Below, in pieces: positions 30,450 to 39,915 of a DNA stretch of 64,000 bases. Origin of the DNA: Vicinamibacteria bacterium (GTDB lineage: Bacteria; Acidobacteriota; Vicinamibacteria; Marinacidobacterales; Marinacidobacteraceae); the NCBI GenBank assembly GCA_963422395.1, contig OY729431.1, forward strand, positions 992,001 to 1,056,000. The letters run 5' to 3'. The notes beneath the pieces are model-generated. The model saw nothing but the letters and a program-made list of their open reading frames with translations, made no database searches and was not told the DNA's origin. The position numbers and the translations under genes are program-made. How positions within the stretch are numbered: the stretch's first letter is position 1; the number at the start of each line of letters is the position of its first letter.

Positions 30450-31727
30450 TCAGCCAGAATCGGTCAGCCAGAATTCGGCGGGTTCGGACAGAAACTCGAC
30501 GAGCGGAACTCCGCCCTCTCCGACGACCATCGTCCGGGCGTGCGGGAACTGCTTCTGGAAGGCGGCGAGGCCGGGGTGCGGGCCGCGAAACGGGCCGGCC
30601 TTCACCTCGACGGCGAGCAGATGGGGCCCGCGCTCCAGCACGAAGTCCACTTCGAGATCGTCGCGCCGGCCGCGCCGCCAGTAGTGGAGGCGAGCTCCGG
30701 GGCGGCGCGTCCGGAAGAGGTGTGCGCCCGCCGCCGACTCGACGACCCGGCCCCACCAGGAGCGGTCGGCGAGCGCCTCCGAGTAGCCGTACCCGGAGGG
30801 AGCGGTCATCAGCGCGGTGTTCAGGACGAGCAGCTTCGGGCTCGACCGCCGCCGGAGCGGCGCCGCCGTGTAGCCGGTGAGCCCGGCGACCAGCCCGGCG
30901 GCTTCGAGGAGGTCGAGGTAGCGGGCGAGGGTCGTGGTGTTCCCGGCGTCCTGGAGGCGCCCGAGCAGCTTGGTGAAGGAGACGATCTGCCCGGAGTAGA
31001 GCGCACTCATCTCGAAGAGCCGCTTCATCAACGCCGGCTTGTCCACGCGGGTCAGGGCCACGATGTCCCGCTCGATGGAGGGGCGGATGCAGCCGTCGAG
31101 CACTGCCCCGCGCCATTCGTCCTGCCGCTCCTCGCGCGCCAGCTCTGCGGGTCCGGGGTATCCGCCGAAGAAGAGGTAGCGGCGCAGATCGAAGTCGAAG
31201 GCTTCCGCCATCTCTCGCAGCGACCAGTGGTGGAGCGGCAGCGGCGCGAACCGGCCGGCGAGGCTCTCGGTGAGGCCGGATTGGAGGAGCAGCGGGGCCG
31301 AGCCCAGGATCACCAGCCGCGGGCGGCGGGTCCGGGCGCGGTCGGCGTCCCAGAGACCCTTGACGGTGTTCGACCAGTCGGGGATCTTCTGGATCTCGTC
31401 GAAGACCAGCACGCATCCGCCGCCGGCTCGCCCCGCCCGGGCGCGGGCGTCTTTCCAGTGCCCGACGATCCAGTCCGCGCCCGGCGCCCTGGCGGATCCG
31501 GGCCGTCGGACGCTCTCCCCTTCGTCCGTCGACGGGTCCGCCTCGGGTTCGTCGGTTGCGCGGTAGAGCGTCTCCATGGAGGACTCGCTGCGGACCCGGG
31601 CGAGGGCCTGGTCCACGATCGTCGTCTTCCCGCTCTGCCGGGGGCCGAACAGCGCGATGATCCGCCGCGGGGCCTCGCCGAGGCGCTCGATGAGCGTGCC
31701 CACCTGGGCTCGTTCGTATGCCGACAT
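30450..31727 (-). CDS. AAA_14 ATPase with DUF4143 domain
   Basis: GPRQSGKTT, FDEIQ, LGS, ESLAGR, GGYP, EVDFV...AVEVK motifs. Confidence 0.9.
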   Translation of the reverse strand: MSAYERAQVGTLIERLGEAPRRIIALFGPRQSGKTTIVDQALARVRSESSMETLYRATDEPEADPSTDEGESVRRPGSARAPGADWIVGHWKDARARAGRAGGGCVLVFDEIQKIPDWSNTVKGLWDADRARTRRPRLVILGSAPLLLQSGLTESLAGRFAPLPLHHWSLREMAEAFDFDLRRYLFFGGYPGPAELAREERQDEWRGAVLDGCIRPSIERDIVALTRVDKPALMKRLFEMSALYSGQIVSFTKLLGRLQDAGNTTTLARYLDLLEAAGLVAGLTGYTAAPLRRRSSPKLLVLNTALMTAPSGYGYSEALADRSWWGRVVESAAGAHLFRTRRPGARLHYWRRGRRDDLEVDFVLERGPHLLAVEVKAGPFRGPHPGLAAFQKQFPHARTMVVGEGGVPLVEFLSEPAEFWLTDSG

Positions 31728-31740
31728 CCTGAATCGCTCT

Positions 31741-31820
31741 ATCGAGTGAATCCACTCGATATCGTAATCAAGTGTATATTACTATATTGAGTAAAATTGA
31801 TCGATCGAGTAATCGATCGT
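31741..31820 (-). promoter_or_regulatory. AT-rich promoter/operator region of the AAA_14 gene
   Basis: Inverted repeat ATCGAGTG-AATC-CACTCGAT (31741-31760), repeated GAGT(A/G)A motifs, sharply AT-rich. Confidence 0.55.
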
Positions 31821-31891
31821 CTTTGCGACCGAGCGGCGGCGATCCGAGGGAGCGCACTCCCTGTGCCTTCCTGCGGGACGGCGCTTCGGGA

Positions 31892-32749
31892 TCACCGCCC
31901 GGGGCCGGCAGTCCTCCCGAGGCGGGAGGCTGCCTCCCCGAGGCTGGGCACGCCCTCGGTCCCGGGCGATTCGACGCTGATCGCCGCTGCTGCCGCGGCG
32001 AGGCGGGCCGCCGCTGCGGGCGGCATCCCCCGCCAGAGCGAGACCGAGAGCGCTGCCGCGAACACATCGCCGGCTCCGGTCGGGTCCCTCTCGAAGGCCG
32101 GTACCGGCGGCACCTCGGCGTCGGGCCGGCCCGGACGGCGCAGGACGGCGCCGCACCGCCCGCGGGTGATCGCGAGCAGCGGGACCGAGAGCGCCGGACC
32201 CTCTTCCCGGCATTCTTCGAGTTTTTCGAATTCTCCCGCGGAGAGACAGCACAGATCGAGCCCGGCGAGCCGGGTGTCCAGCCCCTCCGGCCGCGAAACC
32301 GAGACCCTTCCCTCGCCGTCCCAGCGGCGCAGGAGGCCCTGCGGCGCACAAGCGGCGAAGCTCCCCTCGCCGGCGGGCCGGGGCAGGGGGCCGCTTCCGC
32401 CGAGTTCCCTCGCCACCGGGGCGTAGAGGACCGCCGACCCCGGCGGCAACCCGGCGGCCGCGCGGCGGATCGCGGCCTCCGGGATCACCGCCGCCCGGCT
32501 CAGGATTCGCTGTTCCCGCGCGCCGTCTTCGCGGTAGTCGTTGTGGAAGCGGGTCCGGTCGGAAGAGGTGAGGCGCCGGATCGAGATTCCGGCCAGCGCC
32601 TCGAGGAAGGGGAACTCTCGGTCCACCGCGGTCAGGATCGCAGTGGGGGCGCCGAAGCGATGCGCGAGCAGTCCGGCGAAGGCCGCGGCACCGCCCAGTC
32701 GGGAGCCCGCCGGGGTCCGATCTTCGCTGAGGTGGCCCACCACCAGCAT
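31892..32749 (-). CDS. PfkB family carbohydrate kinase
   Basis: VVGHLSED, LGGAA, DPTGAGDVF motifs; start may be 32800. Confidence 0.88.
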   Translation of the reverse strand: MLVVGHLSEDRTPAGSRLGGAAAFAGLLAHRFGAPTAILTAVDREFPFLEALAGISIRRLTSSDRTRFHNDYREDGAREQRILSRAAVIPEAAIRRAAAGLPPGSAVLYAPVARELGGSGPLPRPAGEGSFAACAPQGLLRRWDGEGRVSVSRPEGLDTRLAGLDLCCLSAGEFEKLEECREEGPALSVPLLAITRGRCGAVLRRPGRPDAEVPPVPAFERDPTGAGDVFAAALSVSLWRGMPPAAAARLAAAAAAISVESPGTEGVPSLGEAASRLGRTAGPGR

Positions 32750-32798
32750 CCGGGCGCCGCCGGATTCCCTAGAATCGTCCCCGCGTTCCCCCCTCGTC

Positions 32799-33377
32799 AT
32801 GCTCGTCTGGACCTCGCTCGTCGTCCGGGGAAAACGTCGTTCCCTGCTGTCTCTCTCCGGAATCGTTCTCGGCGCGCTCTTCTTCTTGCAGCTGGCCCGC
32901 TTCTACGGCTGGAGTCTTCCCTGGATCGTCCTCGGCGTGGTGGTGGGACTCTTCGTCGTGAGGTCGATGGGGGCGACGGTGTGGTTTCTTTCCCGACACC
33001 CGTTCGCGTCCGGTGATCTCGGACTCAGCGAAGCTGCGGTTCCCGGCGGTGCGGTCCGCTGCGCGGTGCGGATCCTTGCGCGCCGCGCCGTCGAGATCGA
33101 AAAGTTGCAGATCACTCTGACGGCGGAGAGCCGCGACAGCGCCGGCACGACGAAGCGCCTCTTCACGGACAGCCGGGAGCTGCTGGAACGCACTGCGCTC
33201 CCTCCCGGCGGCGATCCGCTCGAAGCCGCCGCGGAGATCCCCCTGCCGGAAGATGCGCCGTTGTCCTACCGGTCGTTCGAGGGCCGGGTTCGCTGGCTCG
33301 CCCGGGCGCGTCTCGAAGTGTCGGGTTACGGCGCCTTCGAGGAAGAGATCGAGTTCCTGGTGGCGCCGAACGCCTGA
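32799..33377 (+). CDS. Hypothetical membrane protein (2 TM plus beta-rich domain)
   Basis: Two hydrophobic segments; TAGAAT at about 32770 upstream. Confidence 0.65.
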   Translation: MLVWTSLVVRGKRRSLLSLSGIVLGALFFLQLARFYGWSLPWIVLGVVVGLFVVRSMGATVWFLSRHPFASGDLGLSEAAVPGGAVRCAVRILARRAVEIEKLQITLTAESRDSAGTTKRLFTDSRELLERTALPPGGDPLEAAAEIPLPEDAPLSYRSFEGRVRWLARARLEVSGYGAFEEEIEFLVAPNA

Positions 33378-33422
33378 AGAAGCCGGGAAGACTCCTAGGT
33401 TTCGCCGCCGGCTTCCGAACGA

Positions 33423-33854
33423 TTACCGCTCCGGTTTTTTCCAGTCGAGCGGGTTCGGGCGATAGCGGGGTTCTGCCCAGGGAGTCTCCGCCACGGGCAG
33501 AGCGGCGGTGGGGGCCGCTCCGGCTCCGGGAGGCTCGCCGGAGTCCGGGTCGGTTCCCTGAACGACGGCCAGATACTCGAGGATCTGCTCCCGGACTTCG
33601 GGTTCGAGCGGTGGCATCCCCATTCCCAGCATCAGATCGAGGATTCCGTCCCATTCGCCGCGCGCGAGTTTCAGGGAGACGATGTAGCTGTCGTCGTGGC
33701 AGTAGAGACAGTTCTCGCGCACGAGTTCCACCCCCTCGCCGTCCTTCAGAGAGTCGGCGGGGGGGAGCTGCGGCGACGGCGCCGCAGCGAAAGCGGAGAC
33801 CGGCAGCGAAATCAGAACGGGCAGGGCGGCGAATACCGCGCCGAGGGGCCGCAC
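33423..33854 (-). CDS. Periplasmic monoheme cytochrome c (SorB-like)
   Basis: Signal peptide, CLYCH heme motif, directly downstream of sulfite oxidase. Confidence 0.85.
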   Translation of the reverse strand: MRPLGAVFAALPVLISLPVSAFAAAPSPQLPPADSLKDGEGVELVRENCLYCHDDSYIVSLKLARGEWDGILDLMLGMGMPPLEPEVREQILEYLAVVQGTDPDSGEPPGAGAAPTAALPVAETPWAEPRYRPNPLDWKKPER

Positions 33855-33855
33855 T

Positions 33856-35082
33856 TCAAACCACCGTGACCGCGATGCGGTGCATGGCGTTGTTCAGGTA
33901 GCCGCGCGGGTTCCAGCCGGGCGTCACCATCGGCTGCTGACGGCCCCGGTGGTCGGTCGCCCGCGCCCAGACCTCGTAGTGGCCGGGGATGTCGAAAGCC
34001 ACCGAGCCTTCGAAACGCTGCCAGGCGAAGCGGTTCTCGGGCTCTTCGAGGCGGCACTCGATCCAGCGGGCGCCGAAGTCCGCGCTCACCTCCATCGCTG
34101 TCACCGGTCCACCCCCGGCCCAGGCCCAGCCGTGGACGGAGAGCGGGCCCGCCACCGGATGCCGCATCCCGGTTCCGGGACGGGTGATGACGGATTTCAC
34201 CGGCATCTCGCCGATGATCTCCATGTCCTCTTCCGGAACCTCGGCGCCGGGGGACACCGGATAGCGCGGCATCCGGTAGGAATGACCGGTCATCTTCGGA
34301 CCGTCGTGCACCCGGTCGCGTACCCACAGTTGGCGCAGCCACTTGCCGCTGGCCGAGGCCGGGAGACCGGGAGCGACGAGGCGGAGGGGAAAGCCGTGGT
34401 GCGGGGGCAGGGGCTCGCCGTTCATCTCCCAGGCGAGCAGGGGAGATTCCTCCATCGCCTTCGAGATCGGCAGCCCGCGGGAGATGGGGATCTGGTCCGG
34501 GTCACCGCTCAGGTGCGGGTCTTCGCCGTACCAGGCGAGATAGACGGCGGTGTCGAGGATTCCCGCGGCGTGCAGCACATCGCGGAGCCGGACTCCGGTA
34601 TAGCGAGCGCAGCCGACCGCGCCCAGCCACCACTGGTTGCCCGAAGTTCCCGGCGAGAATCCAGCCCTGCCGTTTCCGGCGCATTCCAGCACCAGCGCCC
34701 GACGGACATTCTCGAAGCCCGAGATCAGATCCTCGAGCGAGAGCGTCAGCGTCTGCTCGACCTCTCCGACCACTTCGAGCGACCAGCCCTCGAGCTCTCC
34801 GGAGAGCGCGCGGGCGGGCACATCTCCGTTGTTCCGCACGAAGTGTTTCTCGTTCGGAGTGAAGCGGGGATCGAGGTCGGTCACCCAGGTCTCGGCGTTC
34901 ACCGGGCGCTCGCTGAGGACTCGGAGATCGCTCTTGCCCTCGACCGACCCAACGGACCGGGCGGCCTGCTGTCCGCGCCGGGGAGACCCCGCCCCCGAAT
35001 GCGCCGGAAGCGCCGCGGCGCCGATCGCGACCGGCGCCGTTCCGAGGAACCGCCGTCGCGAAAGGGCCGCTCCCGGTTCCAT
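33856..35082 (-). CDS. Sulfite oxidase family molybdoenzyme (SorA/SoxC-like), Tat exported
   Basis: SRRRFLG Tat motif, HFVRNN, LECAGNGR, HGFPLRL motifs. Confidence 0.92.
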   Translation of the reverse strand: MEPGAALSRRRFLGTAPVAIGAAALPAHSGAGSPRRGQQAARSVGSVEGKSDLRVLSERPVNAETWVTDLDPRFTPNEKHFVRNNGDVPARALSGELEGWSLEVVGEVEQTLTLSLEDLISGFENVRRALVLECAGNGRAGFSPGTSGNQWWLGAVGCARYTGVRLRDVLHAAGILDTAVYLAWYGEDPHLSGDPDQIPISRGLPISKAMEESPLLAWEMNGEPLPPHHGFPLRLVAPGLPASASGKWLRQLWVRDRVHDGPKMTGHSYRMPRYPVSPGAEVPEEDMEIIGEMPVKSVITRPGTGMRHPVAGPLSVHGWAWAGGGPVTAMEVSADFGARWIECRLEEPENRFAWQRFEGSVAFDIPGHYEVWARATDHRGRQQPMVTPGWNPRGYLNNAMHRIAVTVV

Positions 35083-35213
35083 GGGGGGCGAATTCTATCC
35101 GACGGCGCGGAGGCGGCGACCTTTCTTCCCCCTGCTCTCGTACCGCACGCCTCTCCGCTCGCGCGCTTCATCCCCGGATGTATGGGCTCGCCGTTTTCGG
35201 TTAGAATCGTTGC

Positions 35214-35540
35214 CTCGTTTTTCTTCCGGGGCGGGTGTTCTGCTCCGGTTTTCCCCGACCTCCGGGGGATGCGCTCCGGATTCCGGAGCCATGCTTCGGG
35301 GTACCGCCTGGCTGCGCTGCTCGGCATGGTGCCGGGCAAGACTGAAGGCTCTGCTGGCTGGTGGTCAGGCAGGATTTCCGGCAGGGTCCTGACCTCGCTG
35401 TCGCGGCGAGGGGGTGGAAGAGCCCTTTCGCGGCGGCCGATCCTAAGTGAGGGTCTGACAACCGTCGGAAGTGCCATCCGCCGGGCGGGCAGCTGCCAGA
35501 AGGACCTGACGCTGCGCCCCTCCCGGGAGGGGCGTTCGGG
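35214..35540 (+). ncRNA. Candidate structured leader or non-coding RNA (no family recognised)
   Basis: TAGAAT at 35202 followed by dense hairpins and no convincing CDS until 35651. Confidence 0.3.
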
Positions 35541-35650
35541 GGCGAACCGAACGAGCGGAGCGACGGCTTCGCCGGGCGGCTCCTCTTCCTGTCCGAGATC
35601 CCGGACCGCTTCGGACACGGTCCCCACCCTGCGGAATGCTGATATCCGGA

Positions 35651-36238
35651 ATGAGCGAAGAACCCCTGCACCCTCCGCCTCCCGCTGCCGGAGGCTCGTC
35701 GGCAGAAGAAGCCTTTGCCGGAGCAGCCTTTCTGGCGAACGCCCGCTTCGAGTTCGGACGGCTCCGCCGCCTCGCCGAGGCTGCCGTCGCGCAGGTTCCG
35801 GACGATGCCGCGCTCCATCGCCGGCTGGCGCCGGACGGCAACTCCATCGCCATCCTCATGCGCCACCTCGCCGGCAACCTGCGCTCCCGCTGGCGGGATT
35901 TCCTCACCACCGACGGCGAAAAGCCGGATCGGAACCGCGAGGCCGAGTTCGAACCCTGCGATCGGCGAACCCGCGCCGAGCTCCTCCGCGAGTGGAACGA
36001 GGCGTTCGCCCTCCTCGACTCGGAGTTCGAAAGGGTCGCTCCCGGAGATCTCGATCGGACGGTGACGATCCGGGGCGAGGAGTTCTCCGTCCTCGAAGCG
36101 GTCCAGCGGCAGATCGCACACCTCGCCTACCACACCGGGCAGGTCGTGTTGCTGGCCCGGGCCTCTGCGCCGGCCTGGAAGTCGCTGTCCATTCCTCGGG
36201 GCGCCCCGCCCGCCGCGGCGTACCGCTACCAGCGATGA
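35651..36238 (+). CDS. DinB/DUF1572 family protein
   Basis: NSIAILMRHLAGNLRSRWRDFLTTDGEKPDRNR and HLAYHTGQ motifs. Confidence 0.88.
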   Translation: MSEEPLHPPPPAAGGSSAEEAFAGAAFLANARFEFGRLRRLAEAAVAQVPDDAALHRRLAPDGNSIAILMRHLAGNLRSRWRDFLTTDGEKPDRNREAEFEPCDRRTRAELLREWNEAFALLDSEFERVAPGDLDRTVTIRGEEFSVLEAVQRQIAHLAYHTGQVVLLARASAPAWKSLSIPRGAPPAAAYRYQR

Positions 36239-36312
36239 GCCCTCGTCCGTCGGGCTTGCCGTCCTGTTCGCCTCCTGGTCTGCCGCTTGGCTGGCATCCT
36301 GGCTTCCTGCTG

Positions 36313-36918
36313 ATGCGGCTCCTTCCGGCGCTCCTCACCCTCGCGGCTATCGGCTGCGCCGGCAGCCGGCGTCCGCCCGCCAGCCCTGCGGACGGCGTGG
36401 AGTTCGGTCAGGCATCCTGGTACGGGATCGAGGAGAGAGGGCGGCTCACCGCGAACGGCGAAGTGATGGACCCCGGGGCGATGACCGCGGCGCATCGCAC
36501 GCTGCCCTTCGGGGCCGTCGTCCAGGCCACCGACCTCGACACCGGACGGGTCGTCCAGGTGCGGATCAACGACCGGGGTCCTTTCATCGCCGGGAGGATT
36601 CTCGATCTCTCCCACGAGGCCGCCCGTCAGTTGGGGATGGTGCAAAAGGGCATCGCCCGGATCATGCTGACCGTCGTCGAACTCCCTCCGGGCCTGCCTT
36701 TCACCGTTCAGGTCGCGGCCTTCCGCACCTCGGCGGCTGCCGAGCGGCTCTCCGCTGACCTGCGGGCGAAGGGGTATTCCCTGGTGGAGATCCGCCGGAG
36801 CGGCAGCCTCCACCGAGTGCGGGTAGGCCGCTTTCGGCGCCGCGGGGATGCCGAATCCGTCGCCCGGGCGCTCCGGCGGCAGGGATACGAAACGCTGGTG
36901 CTGCGCGCCCGCCTCTGA
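36313..36918 (+). CDS. rlpA: RlpA lytic transglycosylase lipoprotein with SPOR domain
   Basis: Lipobox AIGC; ASWYG, TAAHRTLPFG, RINDRGPF; C-terminal SPOR (VQVAAF, HRVRVG). Confidence 0.92.
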   Translation: MRLLPALLTLAAIGCAGSRRPPASPADGVEFGQASWYGIEERGRLTANGEVMDPGAMTAAHRTLPFGAVVQATDLDTGRVVQVRINDRGPFIAGRILDLSHEAARQLGMVQKGIARIMLTVVELPPGLPFTVQVAAFRTSAAAERLSADLRAKGYSLVEIRRSGSLHRVRVGRFRRRGDAESVARALRRQGYETLVLRARL

Positions 36919-37030
36919 TCGAGGGCGGTGAAGCCGGCCGACGAGGGAAAGAGAGCCGCGGGGACGGCCGCCGCCCGGCGGCGGGTGCGGGTTGCGCCGG
37001 CGGCGGCTCCTGCCGATCGGGTTCGCCGAT

Positions 37031-37627
37031 CTAGTTCAGGGGGATGTCCAGGAATTCGTGTTCGTAGATGGCTTCGCGGATCTGGGCTGGACTCGCCCCT
37101 TCGTCATGCATCTTCTTGGCCAGGAGGACCTCCTGGAGACAAGTGCTTCAAGTGGCCGCGTGGTTGTCCACATAGCAGTCGAGAAGGCTGCCGTGATCCT
37201 CGGCCTGAGAGTGGCACCCGCAGAGGCAGGGCAGCTGGACCAGCACTTCCGGGATCTCTTTGGCGAGCGCGTAGGTCGTGCGCAGCGCCTCATGGGTGTA
37301 GGTGTTCGGCGGCAGCGTGACCGGGAACGGCCGGGCCTCCTCGGGAGAGTCGTGGTACGGGAAGGACTTCGCCCCGGAGTGGGCGTCCGGGGCCAGATCC
37401 TGAGCCGGGTCTCGGGACAGCTCTTCCCTGCCGGCGGTGTCCGTGGTGTCGTCGCCGACGACGGCCACCAGGAAAACCGCCGCGCCGCCGACGAGAAACG
37501 CCACGGCCAGGAAGGGGGCGAAGCGAAAGCCCTGCTTCCGGGCGGACGACTCCGCCGGTCGGGCCGGGGGGAGCCCGGAGGGGGGTCCGGGCGGGCGGGA
37601 GGTCGAATGCGAGCGTCGTTTCTTCAT
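37031..37627 (-). CDS. PCYCGC/CYCXC-type metal-binding protein, probable selenoprotein (UGA at 37148-37150)
   Basis: LPCLCGC...LLDCY..NHAAT-UGA-STCLQEV...IREAI continues in frame to TAG at 37031; SECIS-like hairpin; selB in window. Confidence 0.85.
37115..37143 (-). promoter_or_regulatory. Bacterial SECIS-like hairpin
   Basis: CCAGGAG-GUC-CUCCUGG stem-loop starting 11 nt after UGA, GU-first loop, CUUG/CAAG lower stem. Confidence 0.75.
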
Positions 37628-37653
37628 GGCCGGCCCCATATCCTAACAACCTC

Positions 37654-39819
37654 TTGGGCGACCTCTCAGGCAGGATCCGGATCTCCGGCGTGCTCTCCGG
37701 CGCGTCCATCTTCCTCGGCGCGCTGCTCCTCTTCGTGGTCCAGCCGCTTTCGGCGCGGAGCCTGCTCGCCTGGTACGGCGGGGCGCCGATGGTCTGGGCG
37801 GTCGCGCTCTTCTTCTTCCAGACCGCTCTCCTCGTCGGCTATCTCTACGCCCACCTGCTGGTGACCCGGGTCTCGCCCCGGCTCCAGCTCGCGATACACG
37901 GCGGGCTGCTGGCCGCCGCCGCGGTTTCGAGCCTGTCGCCCCTTCCCGATTCCAGCTGGGAACCGACCGGCGGCGAGGCGCCGGCGGCGTGGATCCTGCT
38001 GACCCTGCTGCGAACCCTCGGTCTGCCCTTGCTGGCGCTCGCGGCGACCACTCCGCTGGTGTCGGCATGGCGAGTCCGTTCCGGGGCGGGGCCGACTCGT
38101 TCCGGGGCGGGGCCGACTCGTTCCGGGGCGGGGCCGACTCGTTCCGGGGCGGGGCCGGCGGGCGGGAGCGTGTATCGGCTCTACGCGCTCTCGAACGCCG
38201 GTTCGCTCCTCGGCCTGGCGCTCTACCCGCTCGTGCTCGAGCCGCTGACCGGGCTCCGGGGGCAGAGCTCCTGGTGGTCCGCCGGCTTTCTGGTCTTCGC
38301 AGCCCTCACCCTCCTGGCCGGACTCTTCGCTGGCGTCCGGGCAGGCCGTCCGCAACCGAAGCCAGCGGCGGCCGATCCGCAAGCGATCGGGCCGCGCCCC
38401 GCAGCGTTCCATCCCGGCGCGTTCGGCCTGGCGGCGGCCGGGTCGCTGACCCTGGTGGCGGTCACCACCCAGCTGACCCGGGATGTGGCGGCGATTCCCT
38501 TCTTCTGGATCGTGCCCCTCGCAGGATACCTGCTGACTTTCATCCTCGCCTTCCGGGGGAGCGGCGCCCCGTATCCCCGCCGCATCCTGACGCCGCTCCT
38601 GCTGGTCTCGGTGGCGGCGTGCCTGTTCCTCTGGTTCCGCGATCTCACCGGGGAGCTCGAAGACTCGCTTTCGTCCCAGGCGGCGGCGGGACTCGCCTTC
38701 CTCTTCGCCGCCTGCTGGATCGCTCACGGCGAGATCGCGCAGCGGAAACCGGCGCCTGCGGACCTCACCGGCTTCTATCTCTCACTCACCGCGGGCGGCG
38801 CCCTCGGCGGCCTGCTGGCTTCGCTCGCGAGCCCGCTCGTCTTGCCGAATGTCTGGGAGTTTCCGCTGGCGCTCGTGCTGGCGGTCGGGATCGCTCTCTT
38901 CGCTCCCCGGCGTTCCCGGAAGCGCCGCTGGCCGCTGGTCCCGAAGGCGATCCTGGGAGCGGCGCTGGGAGCGGCGATCGCGGTGTCCGCGCTCGAGCAC
39001 CGGCGCCCGCTCGCCGCGAGCCGCAACTTCTTCGGGGTGATCCGGGTGATGGAGGCGTTCCCCGGTGCTCCGGACTGGCGCCGCGATCTCTGGCACGGCG
39101 GCATCGCCCACGGTTCCCAGTGGTTCGCTCCGGGGAGACGCCGAGAGCCGACGCTCTACTACTACGAGGGGACCGGGATCGAGGCGGCGCTGACCCGCCA
39201 CCCCCACCGGGAGCGGGGCCAGCCGCTGCGGGTCGCGGTGATCGGGCTCGGCGCCGGATCCCTGCTGGTCCACGCCGAGCCCGGAGATCTGTTCCGCTTC
39301 TACGAGATCGATCCGCAGGTCGTCGCGGCGGCGCGCGGATTCTTCACTTTCCTCGCCGATACCCCGGCGAGCGTCGAGATCGCGCTCGGCGACGGCCGGC
39401 TCGGTCTGCTCCGGGAAACCGACGATCCCGGTTTCGATGTGATCGTGCTGGACGCCTTCACCGGCGACGCCATTCCGGTGCATCTGCTGACCGCGGAAGC
39501 CTTCGATCTCTACGAGAGCCGTCTGGCGCCCGGCGGAGTGCTCGCCGTCCACATCTCGAACCGGCATGTGGACCTGGCTCCCGTGGTCCGGGCCCAGGCC
39601 CTGCGGCTGGGGCTGCTCTCCCTGCTGACGGTCGGCAAGCCCGACCCGGCCCGCTACCGGTACACCGCGACCTGGGTCCTGCTGACCCGGAACGGCGACT
39701 TCGTGACCGATCCGAGCGTGCTGGGCCGCGCCGAGCCGTGGGTCGGCGAGGCGGCGGCGCCGGGGCAGGACTTTCTCTGGACCGACGATTTCTCGAACCT
39801 GCTTCGCGTTCTGCGTTGA
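37654..39819 (+). CDS. Membrane protein fused to spermidine-synthase-like SAM-binding domain
   Basis: Many TM helices, YRLYALSNAGS, IGLGAG, YEIDP, GDGR, LDAFTGDAIPVHLLT, WTDDFS; start uncertain. Confidence 0.88.
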   Translation: MGDLSGRIRISGVLSGASIFLGALLLFVVQPLSARSLLAWYGGAPMVWAVALFFFQTALLVGYLYAHLLVTRVSPRLQLAIHGGLLAAAAVSSLSPLPDSSWEPTGGEAPAAWILLTLLRTLGLPLLALAATTPLVSAWRVRSGAGPTRSGAGPTRSGAGPTRSGAGPAGGSVYRLYALSNAGSLLGLALYPLVLEPLTGLRGQSSWWSAGFLVFAALTLLAGLFAGVRAGRPQPKPAAADPQAIGPRPAAFHPGAFGLAAAGSLTLVAVTTQLTRDVAAIPFFWIVPLAGYLLTFILAFRGSGAPYPRRILTPLLLVSVAACLFLWFRDLTGELEDSLSSQAAAGLAFLFAACWIAHGEIAQRKPAPADLTGFYLSLTAGGALGGLLASLASPLVLPNVWEFPLALVLAVGIALFAPRRSRKRRWPLVPKAILGAALGAAIAVSALEHRRPLAASRNFFGVIRVMEAFPGAPDWRRDLWHGGIAHGSQWFAPGRRREPTLYYYEGTGIEAALTRHPHRERGQPLRVAVIGLGAGSLLVHAEPGDLFRFYEIDPQVVAAARGFFTFLADTPASVEIALGDGRLGLLRETDDPGFDVIVLDAFTGDAIPVHLLTAEAFDLYESRLAPGGVLAVHISNRHVDLAPVVRAQALRLGLLSLLTVGKPDPARYRYTATWVLLTRNGDFVTDPSVLGRAEPWVGEAAAPGQDFLWTDDFSNLLRVLR
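38077..38157 (+). repeat. In-frame 21-bp VNTR (CGTTCCGGGGCGGGGCCGACT, ~3.9 copies) encoding RSGAGPT
   Basis: Direct reading. Confidence 0.9.
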
Positions 39820-39915
39820 TCCGGACGGGTCGAATCCCGATCGGACCCCAATCGGATCCCTGCTGGACGCGAAGGGCATAGGATTCCGCCTCCTCGACGA
39901 TACGGAGGGACTGCG

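Noticed and set aside
33840-33880. CTTCAAA as a possible tRNA-Sec anticodon loop
   Set aside because: It is the sulfite oxidase stop junction; no cloverleaf or T-loop. No tRNA or rRNA seen in the window.
35380-35512. Cobalamin, SAM or Moco riboswitch, or twister ribozyme
   Set aside because: Only fragments resemble these consensuses; core motifs are missing.
33880-36312. 1012-aa ORF fusing upstream sequence to RlpA
   Set aside because: Only the last ~200 aa are RlpA, which has its own lipoprotein signal.
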